From contig CT868085.1 in the NCBI GenBank assembly GCA_000165425.1, positions 1-64,000 of the forward strand: a stretch of 64,000 nt of DNA, written 5' to 3'. The translations under genes and the position numbers were made by a program. The notes under the pieces were generated by a model. It made no database searches and was not told the origin of the DNA. It saw only the letters and a program-made list of their open reading frames with translations. Shown piece after piece: positions 25,201 through 39,024 of this stretch. How positions within the stretch are numbered: the stretch's first letter is position 1; each line of letters opens with the position of its first letter. Source of the DNA: Paramecium tetraurelia. Its lineage: Eukaryota.

Positions 25201-25855
25201 TTAAAATCTAGCCATATATTCTTCAGGGTAAAAGGCAGGACGAGTGCCATTTTTTGAATACCCAGTTTCAGCACACAGCTTAGTAACTTCATTAATGAAC
25301 TCTATTGCCGTTTAACCACCCTTATATCTATAATAGGAGATGATTAGTTTTTCTCTTGCCTTTCCTGGTATTAAACTGTCCATCAATAAGAGCATGCATC
25401 CATATAAATAAAACGATTCCGCAAATAACCTTTTCCCTTCAGAATCTTACAATACAGTCTCAACAGAATATTGCATAAAAACTGCTTCCTCTAATTCTTG
25501 TATAAATGCCATCAAATCTGAATAATACAAATAGATGCTTTCAAATAATCTATAAAATCTTTCTACTAATGGTAAATACGATTTCTTAAAATTTTCATCC
25601 AATTCATTAATTTCCTACTTTATATCAATTCATACTTAGTTTCTTTAAATCTCATCTTCAAGAACATCAATATTTTTTTAAGTATTCAAAGTCAAATAAG
25701 ATTTTCTCATATTTTTTGTATTCTTATGCTTTGCTAGTAATAATCTTGGGTATGTTTTCAGAGAGCCTCTAAACTTCAGCTAGGATGGCACTTCCTCTTG
25801 CAACCAAAATCAAAAGACTTTGTCCGCAAGCATTTTCAGGAGATAAGAAATCCAT
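22277..25855 (-). CDS. WASHC5: Strumpellin (WASH complex subunit 5)
   Basis: [87 protein letters not shown]. Confidence 0.92.
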
Positions 25856-25884
25856 TTATAAATAATTATAGTTTTCTGTAATAT

Positions 25885-26960
25885 ATGGATTTAATTAAAT
25901 TCATAAGTAATAATCTATAAAATTTCTAAGTGATTAAACCATATAGAGGCTGTTAAAATATACTTATTTTCATAATTGATATTGTTCTAAAATTCAATAT
26001 GTGAGCATATTAATTATTCTACGTTGATTATAATTATATTAATTTGTTCAATAATAACAAAACGAAGAACCATTCGTAAATAAATAATGTAATATAAAAT
26101 AAACAAATTGAGTATTCTCAAAGCAAATCAAGTTAGTTCTTTTATTTTGGATTCATAAAATACTGCTAATTCTTACATATTTAAACTAGCCATATATTTA
26201 ATTCTTAGGTCGTTGCAATCGCTCTAATATTTATACATTACTAAATTCAAGATAAGTGTAAAGACTACCAACATGTATTTAAATTCTGGTTCTTCACATA
26301 AATTACACTATGACTTTAGATATCTTTTATAACTTTAAAGATCTTAATAGACTTTTTTAATCTGCAATTGATATGGGCAAGATTTGAATGTTCTTTTCGT
26401 CATAACAAGTTTTTCTGCAAAAAAGGATGTTTTAAATGTGAGGTTAGAATTTTCATTTACTCCACATAATTAATATGATTTCTACCTAAATAATCAGAAT
26501 ATGCCCCTTATTAATATATATTCTTTTCGATGTTCTACTTTTAAAGTGCAAATTCAATAGGTTGAAGTTATTTATTTTAAATGGCTATTTGACAACCAAA
26601 AATGGACATTTAAAATTATTTAAACTACCAATATTTTACTAAAATTATTCTGAATTTGTGAAGAATAAATCTTTCAAAACTTTCTTTGAGTTTTTAGGAG
26701 GGAATAGTTACAGAATTATTGATCTAGATAAGGTTGCTGATAGTCTATTTACCTTAGAGGATATATATGAGAACTATTTTATCCAAAATTAGTTTGCATA
26801 TAAGACATGTTATATTTTTGAAATGATTCTCAATTTGATTCTGTATTAGTAAAAAATGCTTCACGAATAAAGTTGATTGGTGCTCTGTATTTCTGCATCT
26901 TAAATAAAGAGTATACATTCTTACTCTAGTTTATCCATAATTAATTAAAGTATAAATATT
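25885..26960 (+). pseudogene. Decayed coding remnant, possibly cyclin-fold
   Basis: Protein-like patches (TFQSAIDMG, FLGGNSYRII, KLIGALYFC) broken by TGA and frameshifts. Identity weak. Confidence 0.3.
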
Positions 26961-26966
26961 AAGGAT

Positions 26967-27768
26967 ATGAGTAATTACATTAGACAAGAATCCTTTGTAG
27001 AAGAACGAAAATAAGTTACTCTCCCGTAAAGTGAATATGTACTATTAGTGTTGTTTAATTGAAGACGACAAAGTATATTAGATCAGAGAGACCATAAACA
27101 TATTAATTTTGGCATAAAAAAGGAAAATAAAATTCATACTAAAGCAGAGTGTTAAGCACAAATTACTAATTGTAAACCCAATAGATTCCTGGATAATCTA
27201 TATTACTTGGAGGTTGTGGTTAGACTTAATAATGTTGCACTCCTTGCGGTTAATCATCTTGTGGGCCATAATCATAAGCAGTAGTAAGATTGGGAGTAGT
27301 ATCAAGAGAAGAAATTGAAGCACCTTGGAGAGATGAAGTGCTCTATTTATAATCGCTTATTGCAGAATTAGAAAAGAAGAAAGAGGTGTAAATAGTTAAA
27401 GAGGTGGATAATACAAGAGTAAATGTTAAATTTAAATTTAGGTTCATGAACTAGAAGATGAGAATGAGAGATTAAGAATTTTAATTTAGTAAACTCGAAG
27501 TGAGGTGATTACATAAAGAATTACAGAAGTCAATAATGAGGCGGAGGTGTGGAAGAGAAAGTTTTAAGAAATCAACCATGATTATAGTGAGACCCAGGAG
27601 AAGTTGATGAATGCTGAAATCGAACTAGAAGCCTTGAAAAAGCAAAAGGTATGACTATGAGATGTATTAGAGATTGTAACATCAAGTAGTACAGTAACGA
27701 GGTCAGTTGTGAAAACTTCAGGTTCAACTGTCAGATAGTCGGTGTCTGGTATTAAGCCTATTGTTTGA
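26967..27768 (+). CDS. Hypothetical coiled-coil protein
   Basis: VVSREEIEAPWRDEVLYLQSLIAELE...EAEVWKRKFQEIN. Several tiny introns; the middle exon junction is uncertain. Confidence 0.7.
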
Positions 27769-27808
27769 TTTCATTAAAATCATTAATAAAAATATAAAAT
27801 AAATTAGA

Positions 27809-28990
27809 ATGTACACACCAGAGCCGTAGACAATGCACTACAAAATCAGGAGTAGAAGTCGCGATACTTCCAAACTTAAGTGATTTAAGCAATTTAAAGT
27901 AGATTGATGGCTAGATCAACTACCGATAGTAGTAGCAGTGGGAGTAGCAGCAGCTCTTCTTCTTCTAGTTCATCAAGTAGCAGTAGCTCATCAGGAAGTT
28001 CTTCCAGCAGTGGATGCCATTTCAATTATGAGATCGGAGACAAAATAGACAAATATGTGATAACGAAATATTTATGTTCGGGCACATTCGGAATGGTCTT
28101 GGAAGTGACTGACCAACAGGAAATACCATATGCTGTGAAAGTTATTAGATTAATATTCAGATCTTGAGCGAAACGGATCATACAGAAGTGGATGTCTTAA
28201 GAAAAATCTAGTTACTTGACCCCTTCGGTGAGGCGGGTATCGTCAAATTCTATGATTACTTCACTTGGTAGGACTATCATTGTATTTTACTTGAAAGGGT
28301 AGCATATTCAACAATTTAAACAGCTTGACATCAATCTCCATGATTACATCCAATCACATACACTCAACATTAAGGAAATCCAATCAATCTTTAAATAAGT
28401 TACTACCTCACTAATGTTTATGCATTCCCTTGGAATCACACACACCGATCTTAAGCCTGAAAACATAGTTTTCGCCAATCAACAAAAGTACCCAGATCAA
28501 TTAAATGACTAAGAAATTTAGTTAAACTAATAGACATGGGAGGTGCCACTCAAGCCAATGAACATCACAGTACCGTCATCAATACTAGGTAATACAGAGC
28601 ACCTGAAGTCATCATGCGATGCGACACCTGGGACACCTCAAGTGACATCTGGAGTCTAGCTTGCCTCATAGTAGAATTATACACTGGTATATACAAAAAA
28701 CAAACCTCAATATAGGAAGAGTTTTTATTAAAGTAGGCAATAACGATTTAATGCATTTGGCTATTATACAATCTATCTTTGGACCCATTCCCTCGTACAT
28801 GAAACAAAGTTCCAAATTTAAATCCAGATTCAATTCCTTACCTAAAGTCTAGTCTTAAAAATAATTGCATCAAATCATTGAAGATCAAGATCTCCTTGAT
28901 CTACTTTATTTGATGTTTTCAATAGATCATCATCATAGAATAAATTGCAAATAAATTCTAGAACATAAATTCTTTTCAAAACTATTTTGA
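27809..28990 (+). CDS. CLK/LAMMER-like CMGC kinase with N-terminal poly-Ser tract
   Basis: SGTFGMV, YAVK, HTDLKPENI, IDMGGAT, HSTVINTRQYRAPEV, MHLAIIQSIFGPIP. Five tiny introns. Confidence 0.9.
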
Positions 28991-29099
28991 TATTTTGATT
29001 TATTTAATTTGTTTAATTAACTTCACTTTATTCTAAAAATTCGGATGGTGCGTATTAATTTTAAATTAAAATATCATAATTTTGGTTTAAATCTTTCAC

Positions 29100-32000
29100 A
29101 TTTTTAATCAAACATGCTCATGCAACAGTAATTTAAATTAATATCGAAATTCATTTTTACTAAAATAGCACTATTATGTAGAGTATAGAATATCATCCAA
29201 TTACTAAACTCATTTTAAATGGGGACACAAGCCCTATTAATGAAGATGAATAAAAATTTAACTCCCCTCTAAAAAGGTTCTCCAATCATAGCATAGCACT
29301 TGAAATTTCTAAAAACAAAACACAAAGAAGAAAAAGAAGCATTTAGATGTTTACCGACGAACTTATTTCATGGAATAATTATCTGCATCACAAATTTTAA
29401 CACTCAGATCAAGTATCTCATGGAAATGGTATGATCATATGAAATCAATCATTAAGACTCTATGAATATTGATAATATAAACTGTTTATATTTAAATATA
29501 TATAGTTAGCATAAAAAGCATTGGCCAATAATATTTAGACAATTCCCAGGAATCAATTTTATCAATAAATACTTGAATTTATTGTTTCAATCGCTATCTG
29601 TTAATCCAAAAAGTTAATAGTAATTCCTCCTTATGTTGAAATCCTAGAATTAACTCTTTGATCTCTTATAATAATTATTGCTATATGAATTTAGTATTGC
29701 ATAACAAAACCTCTTAAACTTCTAATTAATTGCTTCATATAACTTCTGAGTATCAATCATTAACTGATATATAATATTTTAATAATTCAATCACAATCCT
29801 TTCACTTTTCAAAGAGTTGAAGATCAAGTATATTCTAAAATCTTAAAATATCTTATCTTCCATATTGAAGTAATTCAATTTTACAACACTAATTATAATA
29901 ATATTAATAATAATATTCCAATTAATCCATGAATTAACCACAATCCCAGATAAGATACTTAGGTTTTTTATAATATTATTCAGCAAAAATGTATAACACA
30001 TATCCATTTGCCAAATTTATCAATCATTTTCATTTTTAACCCTCAATCCTATTTGTTTAAAATTTTTGATTTCACAAATAATTGTTATCTTGTAAGTGTT
30101 TTTTAGAGTATAAGCTTCAAGGTAATTGTATAATTTATACAATATGTAACATTCTAAATGTACATTTAATTATGATTTTGAACCTATCAATGATTATGTT
30201 CAAGCGCAAATATTGAATATATAAATAAATAATCCATGATGATTCAAATATTGTGACATTATAAATATTTGAAATTTTAGGTTCATAAATTAAATAGATG
30301 ATAAGGACACAACTCTTCTTTAAATAAAGCACTCATTATTTGTATACACCTCACTTAAATATTTCGTATATATCCAATCTAATATTCAAATATAAATAAT
30401 AATTTTAATTTAATGATGCCACAATTAGTTCAAAATAATTCATATAATAATCAAATTATTAGTTGATTTCCCCAAGGCACAATATAAAAAAAGTAAATGC
30501 TATACAAATCTATTAGGATTTCTGTTTTTTAGTTTAGGGGGGCTTAATTGCAATATGTTTCATTCAATTCAATTATACTATGATGATTATTACTAATTAA
30601 AAAAACGATTTTTTAAAAATTTTATATAAGCAAGAATTGATTTCCTTCATAATATGAAAGATACTTGTATAAATTAAAGGATGATCCATTTTAAAAAAGA
30701 ATATAAATAATATAGAAAGATATTTAATTGTGTTTATAAGGCAGTAGATTAAATGGGTGATTAATTTTGTTACAAAGAGCTAAACTATACATTAGCCTAC
30801 TTCAAACTATAATATGATTTTATATTATGCATATTAACCTAAAATATAGAAAATGGAGGATTAAATGAAGTCTATAGTAGAGAATCAAATTGTTGTGGTT
30901 AATATAATTTTATACATATTTTAATTAAATTTAATTAATTATAAAAACTCAAGAGGAAAGTAAGATCTTAACAAAAAAAAGGAAATCATTTTCAGATGTT
31001 TATAAAACGTATACTACTTTTGAATTTAAATCTTCATTAATAATTTTGCAAGGTAGTTTAATATGAAATAAAATATGTATTTGCACGAGTTAATTTGAAT
31101 GCCTAATGATGAGTAATTGAAGAAAGTTGATATTTGTTATTGCTTAAGAGAATATAAAATAAGAATAGTATTTTAAGGAATATCAAATAATGGATTATAT
31201 TTCACATCAGTAAATCAGGAAGATTATGGATTTTGAGGATCAAGAAACAAATAGATAGAGACTTTTAAGCTTTTTTATAACCCATCTATCATTCCAAGAA
31301 AGAGATCAAATAATATGTAAGAAACAACGTATGGATTATTTATTGCAGCTTATGGTTTTTTATAAATTCTGTTAACATCATATTATGTTTAAATAAACAG
31401 TAGTAAATTTGAATCTAACCTTAAACCATCATAATTATTCAATAAGATTTATCTGAACATTGCTATCAGTCAAAAAATTATTTAATCCATTTGCTAAATT
31501 GACTGTATGTATTCATAAATTCAAATAGAAAAATCCCTTTAATCTGAGTTCGAAGTTACGATTGTCCTTATTATGCCTCCTTATAAAGGAACTGAGAAAT
31601 TTGTATGTTTGATATTTTAGTGATTATTAAGATAATTGTATAAAATTATATTAAAAAAAGTTTTGATTAAATAATAATCTATAAATTGTATCTTCTAAAA
31701 ACAAATCGGTTTTTTTTTACAGAATATAACAATAATTAAATTATTTGAAATTTGTTGATGAAAAAAATAACATAGTCACCAATTAACTAGCTAAAAAGTA
31801 GAGGAGATATTTCCCCAAAATCAACTGATGCAAATATTGCATTTTTATAAAAAGAAATATGGTAAAACAAGCAAATTCCACTTAAAAAATATACAAATTA
31901 AGGTAATTCGAAGCAGAAGGCACTATTATAATGTGATTTTATTTTACTAACAGATAAATTGCACATATGGAATAGATATCTGATCTCTAAATTCGAAAAG

Positions 32001-32280
32001 ATGGATCCTATTTCTCAATCCTGATTATCTAATTTATTATATCTATCAAATATATACTATAACAATTACAAATCATAGTCTAGAAATTATTTAGCATTTC
32101 ACCAAATTATAACTATTAATGATTTTATGAATATGTTTGGAGAATGATCAATACTCACACCAATACATTCATAAGACTCTCATTACTACTTAATAGAAAT
32201 TCTTGGGTTATATGTTTCGAGGCATGAGCAAATTGGAGTTTTAAAAGAACGAAATTTAATTTACCATAATGTAAAATCAT
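29100..32280 (+). pseudogene. Heavily decayed coding remnants, unidentified
   Basis: About 3 kb in which I found no long code-6 frame, in a region where normal spacers are under 300 bp. Short protein-like patches only. Confidence 0.3.
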
Positions 32281-32333
32281 TTTAAGAATCAAAGAATTAT
32301 TAATTGAATATCAAATGAAAATATTGTTGGAAT

Positions 32334-33317
32334 TCATTAATTTATAGCTCCTTATTTTTTTAGAATTGTATAGATCTAAGGTCCAGCCTCATCTCTCAAT
32401 CCAAAGTGACCCACAGTTGCACTACTAAATACGATCTCCTCATTTTCATTTTTCATTCTAGTTGTATACTTTCCCCAAACTAAGTTATTACCTCCAATAA
32501 TTTCATCATAGTTGGCTCTTCCGGTTACAATGTATTTTCCTTCCTTTGCTGAATTAGAATCCAATTCTTCTAAAAATGAGGATTTTCCTACATAAGGTGG
32601 TTAGCCTGGGTAGAATCCATTAGTCATGCCACAGGTAGGGAGTGTGGAACCAGAAGTATAACAAGAACTTAATCCTTAATTTGCACCTGCTAAGCCTACA
32701 AATACTTTGACATTGGAAGTAAGAGGATCCCCTAGATCATATCTTCCACTACCCAACTCGTCACGGGCATTTCCTCCTTTGATTACTTTTCTGGCCAAAG
32801 TTACACCCATTGAATGTGAAATTATGTTGACGTAAGGAGATTTTGTATATTATAAAACAGCCTCAACAAATGCTCTATTGTATTTAAGGTAGTTTTCTGA
32901 ATGGTAATTAAGGCTTGCCGTGTTAGAATCAGCATCTCCCCAAGTAGTAGCATATAAATCTTATTTCTCGTATCCTTGACTCAAAAAATATTCAATCTAT
33001 GAACTAAACCCTGTCATATAAATGCCGTAGCTTCCATCTCCTACAGCCACATCGCTATTTCCGTGAATAAATATTATGGGTATTCTGGAAGGCTTTTGAG
33101 TAGGTCTAGTTTCTGCTCCGCTAATGAATATATATTTCAATTACCCATAGCATCCAGAAATGATGTCAGGTCTATGGAAACCCCAAAGCCTATAATTTTA
33201 ATCAAGAAAGGCTTTGAAATCCTTTGAGAAACCCCTTTAAAATGATGGCTATGAGGGTTGGTTCATATACAATACTATTGTCGAAATCAGAAGAAGGGAC
33301 AACAATTTATACTACAT
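32334..33317 (-). CDS. Secreted class-2 lipase (alpha/beta hydrolase)
   Basis: Signal peptide, PIIFIHGNSD, DLYATTWG, nucleophile elbow IISHSMGVTLARK, FVGLAGANQG, GHFGLRD. One intron. Confidence 0.88.
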
Positions 33318-33361
33318 TATATGATGCAATAATAATATTCTCTTTTTTTTTAATTTTCAGT

Positions 33362-35209
33362 ATGATAAAGAGAAAAATTTCTAAATTTACTCCATTTGAT
33401 CGAGTATTGGATGGATTAGAATAGGAAGAACTTATTGATGAGGATGTTAATATGAAAATCATCAAAGTTTACAATCGAAAGAAAAATAATAAAATGTTTC
33501 TTTTAGAAAGGTTGATCTCAAATGAAAAGGAACACTTAAAGTACATAGATGAAATTCACAAATATGAAATAATTAACGCTGATGGATTATTATGCATAGA
33601 CAAATGGGTATTTATTATTTATTAACAGACATATGATATGTTGATCGATTAAAATTTAAACAAACTATACAAATTCATCTTAGTTTTTGACACCTATTCA
33701 CAGAATTTAAATCAATACTTAGAGAATATTCAAGTAATTTCATATCGATTATTTAGTCAAAAAAAATTTAATTACTAAAAGAGGACATCGTTGTTTTCTT
33801 TAGAGCAATTATTTTGTCAATTAACTATTTACAATAGCAATAAATTATAGCATTTAATCCAGTAACAATGTCATGCATTTTGATTTGTTCAGATTCATGT
33901 ATGAAATTTAATTGCATACCAATATTATTAACTCAACATGCACTAGAAAAAGCCAAAAAGGAAAGTTTACTTTATCAAGCGCCTGAATAAGTTAAGGATG
34001 TTAAAAATATTAATCATATTTATTCCCAAGCAGTCTATTCTTTAGGACTGATATTTATATAACTCTTTTTGTTAAAACACATTGATCAATTGAGAAAATA
34101 TGAAGACATTAAATTAAGTATCAAAGAAATTTAAATGAAATACGGAGACACTTATAAATCGTATTTAGAAAGCATGGTAGAATAGGATCCACATAAAAGA
34201 ATTAAATTATAAGAGTTATGCTAAACATTGTCTATTCAAGAACCCTAAAAGTAGATAAAGGACAACTTAAAAATTACATTTTCAGAGACTTTTGAGTATT
34301 ATCGGAAATAATATTCTATCTTGAATGTACCAGAACCTCGATCTATTGCATATGGAATTCCTTGGAGCAGAAATATTATATAATCAAACTTATTTAATAT
34401 GAAAAATTACTTCCTGGAGTTATTAGACCTATTTTAATCATAATAGATTTCAGAATAGGCTGTGACTATAATATTTGAGTAATTTAGAGTATTTGTGATT
34501 GGAGGTATAAATACTCATTTTGTTTATGAATTAAATGATGAAGTACCTGCTCTGAAGGAGGTAACATCAATTCCTTCATGCAGCGCTAATAGATGGGGCT
34601 TTGGATATGTTATATGTAGATAAATTATTATATATTAGAGAAAATAATTAGCTGTTGTATATTTGCTCTGGTTATAGTGATTAACTATTGACAGCCAACA
34701 CGTTTTGCTATAATATACAAACTTAGAAGTGGTAGAAATTAAGCGATTGCCAGAAGCCAGGTATAGGTAGTACCTTAGTTTGCTATAATAATTCAAGTAT
34801 TTTCAAATTTGGAGGAGTTGAAATTAATAACAAACCTCTTAATTGTGTTGAAGAATTTAAGAATAATGAATGGCAATTAATTAATTTCAAAAAACCTCAC
34901 TTTATATTACCTAACTTTAGTTTTGCTTAGTAGGTAAATCCAACATAGATTTTTATTGTTGGGGGGTACTTTGATAAGGAGCATAATACAAAGGTTATTG
35001 TAATGAATATTGATACATAAGCTCATCTAATAGATTCCAGAAAAGATTATACTTATGTTGAATTCGTATTGAATGAATTTTTAGATTATGGGAAGTATGG
35101 TCCTGTGGAAGCAATGTAAATAAGCAATAACTAACTATTTTTATTATAAAAAAAAAATGAAAAATATCAATACTTAACTGTGTAGGATTAATCTGTATTT
35201 GTTGAGTTG
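33362..35209 (+). CDS. Pseudokinase + Kelch-repeat protein
   Basis: LYQAPE, VYSLGLI and MVEQDPHKR (kinase C-lobe) without HRD/DFG, then VFVIGG, IFKFGG, IFIVGG Kelch blades. 3' end approximate. Confidence 0.7.
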
Positions 35210-35279
35210 AGAAAAATACACATGTGATCATATTTTGTAATTTGTCTTTAATAACAATAAATAAAAATGAAAAGAAGTT

Positions 35280-36254
35280 TCAATTATTCATTGAGTGAAA
35301 TCTTCCATGCTGGCTATAAATATTTTTCATCCCCAATATCTATTAATTTAACAGGTTTTAAGAGTTCTTGATTTTCTAATATTGTTTTAACGGATCTTCA
35401 TGAAGGTTGTTCAAAATGAATGATTTCCCATTTTTATTAGTTGTACTTAAGTTAGTTGGACTGCAAGTTTTATCTAAAAATGAAGTCTTTGCTTTATGAA
35501 TTGTAACATTTTAGACATGCTATTGTTTTTCTTTAATATTAGTGATCGAGTTCAGCCTGCTGTATATATTATAATTCTATATGCTTTTGTTGCTCTATTG
35601 AAAATTATTATTACTTTTTTCAATACTTGTGCTTATATTTAAGAATTTACTCACACTCTTAGTTCCATTTTCACTTTTACATTGTTTCTCGTTTCTAACT
35701 TTCACTTCAAACTATTTAAGTTACTCCATAAATCCATCATTAGGATCTACTTGAGGTCTTTAACTTTTAAGTTTGATAATAGCATCTTTTAAAGAAAATC
35801 CTGCATGTCGTATCAAATAAGCGATTATCAAAGAACTAGACCTAGATATTCCAGCATAGCAATGAACTAGGACATTAGTATGCTATAAGTGATCTTTAAT
35901 GAAGTTGGCTGCCTAGTCGAAATACCTAGATATTTGGACATCTTCTCTGTCTTCAGCTGCAATCCACTATTGAAATATTAATTTTGTGTACTAGGTGAAT
36001 GATTGATCTGTCTAGTTTAATATCACTTGTGTCAATTATAGATAATACTGCTCCCACATTATGATGCTTTAGATATTAAGAATCGTTTGCTGCATTAATA
36101 TTTCCCAAATATAATCTCTTTCCTTCTATCTCAAAAACACTGTTCATGGGACTACCTTTTATATTCTATTTGAACAAAATATACGTGATTGTGGTTGTTA
36201 ACATTTAAAATTAATCGAGTTGTAAGTCAGACTCAAATCTAGCCATTTCGACAT
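35280..36254 (-). CDS. Dual-specificity protein phosphatase
   Basis: LYLGNINAA, NVLVHCYAGISRSSSLIIAYL, DPNDGFMEQL. Confidence 0.92.
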
Positions 36255-36432
36255 CGTTAAATTAACAAACAAATAAAAATTATAATTTTCATAAAATATA
36301 GCTTAAGGTTTCATTAATTTGGAATTCATTAAAAATTAACTATATGAATCATTTATTCATTTGTAACAATAAATGTTTAATTATTTTACTCCAATCCAAA
36401 TGAGCATTCTTTATCTATTCTGTAAGCCTAAT

Positions 36433-37771
36433 TCATTTAACCATTTTCTGGGTTCCATTAAACTATTAAACCACATTAAGTAAATCCATAAACTGAAGTT
36501 TCTGTTTTTTTGAATCCAACCAACTTCAACTAGCTTGCAAATGCTGTTTTCTCTTGATATTAGAATTTGTTGTCTTTATATTTCATTTGTATAATTGCAA
36601 CTCCATATTCAGTACATGGATAAAGATAATTATCGATTAATTGAATTGATTTAATTGAAGTATTGACATTAAAATTTATTTAATTTAAAAACTCTAACTT
36701 TTCAGTCCTTTTATATACCAGTATAAAACCCTATGAAGTCCCTACAATAACCTTATTGTTACCTAAAAATAATAGCTTTTATTTCTCCTCGAAGTTTAAG
36801 CAAGTAATCCATGCTGTTTACAATCTATTCTTCAGACTTCCACCTCCAATCAATTAAAAATTCTCTTCATCCAAAATTTTAACTTGGCTATCTGTTACAA
36901 GATAAACTTCTTAATTAAAATGATGGATTCTGTATATCGGTGATGTTAGAACCTAAATTATAGCTTTTTCTTAAATGGAGTTTTCAGTTATTTAGTATAA
37001 AATCAATGACCCTTAACATGTACCTACAATCAGCTTATCATGGACTAAAATTATAAATTTTCAATTACTATTTTCCACACAAAATAATTTGATACTATAA
37101 TATTTATCAAATATTTTTTGAAATGGAGTCGTGTTTCCAATTAAAAATACTATCATCTGCCCCATAATTTCAGGTTCAATCAAATTCCAGATTTTGCCAA
37201 ACTTTTAGAATTAACTCTGATTCTCCAAAGTGACAATTAAGAATTAGTTGACGATAATGAATTACGATACAGTAAGATTAGATTCAGTAATTTTGAAACC
37301 CATGACAATGTTGGGAATCTAATCTTGAATAAATTAATTTTATACCAAGGCCTTAATTTAGGAGTAAACTTCAATCTTTTAATTCAATCCCAATAAATTG
37401 ATGGTCTCTAAATAAAATAATCATTTACTTTCTGTTTTGTATTGAGATCTCTTCTGTACAATAGTTCACTTATTAATTTATTTATTGCAATGATGGTTTT
37501 TTATTTATCCTTCACAGTTTGGAGCAAATCAATTTAAGCCTTATCCAAACTTAACAACATGAATCCATTTTTCTGCATATGTTATACGTAGTCGTAGAAT
37601 TCCTTAATTGGCTTTTGACCTACCATATTGTTATTCATTACTTTTGAAGCAATATTAACTAAAGGGTGTATATACAATTAGTTAAACTGAAGGTTATCCG
37701 TTGATCGATATTATTTCTTCGATTTAATCAAAAGCTAACGTGTCTAAACATACTTAGATTTAGGCAGACAT
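36433..37771 (-). pseudogene. WD40/beta-propeller-like gene, probably disrupted
   Basis: LIVGTCQGSLILY and VIVGTSQGFILVY blade-like motifs. In-frame TGAs I could not remove with tiny introns. Confidence 0.4.
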
Positions 37772-38118
37772 CTTAATTAATGTAATTAATATTAGGAATA
37801 ATTAGTGTAAATATAACAGAAAATATAATAGTAATTACGACTCCTAATTAATTATCGATGATTAATCAATAAAACATCCGTTGTAATTGGATATCACTTA
37901 ATTAAAAATAAATGATTATTCAATTGTCAATCTCAAATAATAATTCACATATACTAAACAATATTTTCAATTAAATAATATATATGTGGTTTATTTAAAA
38001 TATCTGTTGAGTAGCAGTAATTAAATTGATTCACTGATATAAATATATATTATTAGATTCGTACAATGTAGATTAATATAGATTAGATTCAAAAAATCAT
38101 TAGATTGAGTTGTGGCTC

Positions 38119-38679
38119 TCATTCTCTTGATATAAATTTGGTTTGTTATCTCTACAATTTCTTTTTCAATGGTTTAACACTTCCGTCTATGACATCTTTG
38201 GTGATAATGTTATTGATGAAATCGATCACTTAAATAGATTTCCTAAATTCCACTCTTTTAGGTTGTTCTTCAAAATTTGTTAAATGTCTTTTGTGGTTGG
38301 GTTTTTGAAACTTGGTTGGAGAAGTTGGTATAGAATTGATTTAGGGTAGATGGACCTCTGACTTCGTTAGGGATGAAATAGAATCAAATTTAGGGATCAA
38401 CACTTCTCTTTAGGTACTAGATTGTTTTGGTTTTATGAATCGAATTTTAGATTTCTCTTCTATTACAGGTAAAAAAGTGTTGCTTCCATTTTCTGATATC
38501 TCATTCATTTAAGTCAATGAGCCAAGGGTTTCCATGCTTTTGGTTGAACCCTCATTGACATCCTTTTTCACTGTCATTAATTAAGACAATGAAGATATGT
38601 CAAATTCATTCAAAAACATTGAAGGTCTCATAGATTTGGTGTCCTTCTTGACTAATCGTCTATATGGAGATACTAACAT
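38119..38679 (-). CDS. Hypothetical protein
   Basis: Intronless 561-nt code-6 ORF MLVSPYRRL...TKFISRE*. Confidence 0.75.
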
Positions 38680-39024
38680 AGATATTATTATTATAATAAT
38701 GATTTGTCATAAACTAAATCATTAAATAATGAAAAATAAAGTTCAGTATTTTATTATGTACATTAATGCCGTATCAGTCTTTTCATATTGATAACTTGAA
38801 TTAATCAAAGAAGTTATCAATTTATAATTAATTCCATATTGATATGAACCAAGTTACTTAATAATTGGCCTGAGCATAGTTCAAATATCAATCTCTCGAG
38901 ACAACAGTTACTATTACTTCATAATATAACATAAAATTTTTTTAAAAATCACTTAGGTTAGCATTTTATATATATTTATTTATTTTTCGATTATATTAAA
39001 ATCTTTATTTTCATTTTTCAAATA

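Noticed and set aside
30790..30810. TIHQP patch suggesting an ABCG transporter relic
   Set aside because: Five residues only; no Walker A/B or signature motif found nearby.
38843..38875. SECIS-like ATGA...TGAG hairpin
   Set aside because: It lies in a divergent promoter region, not the 3' UTR of any plus-strand gene, and helix II is poor.
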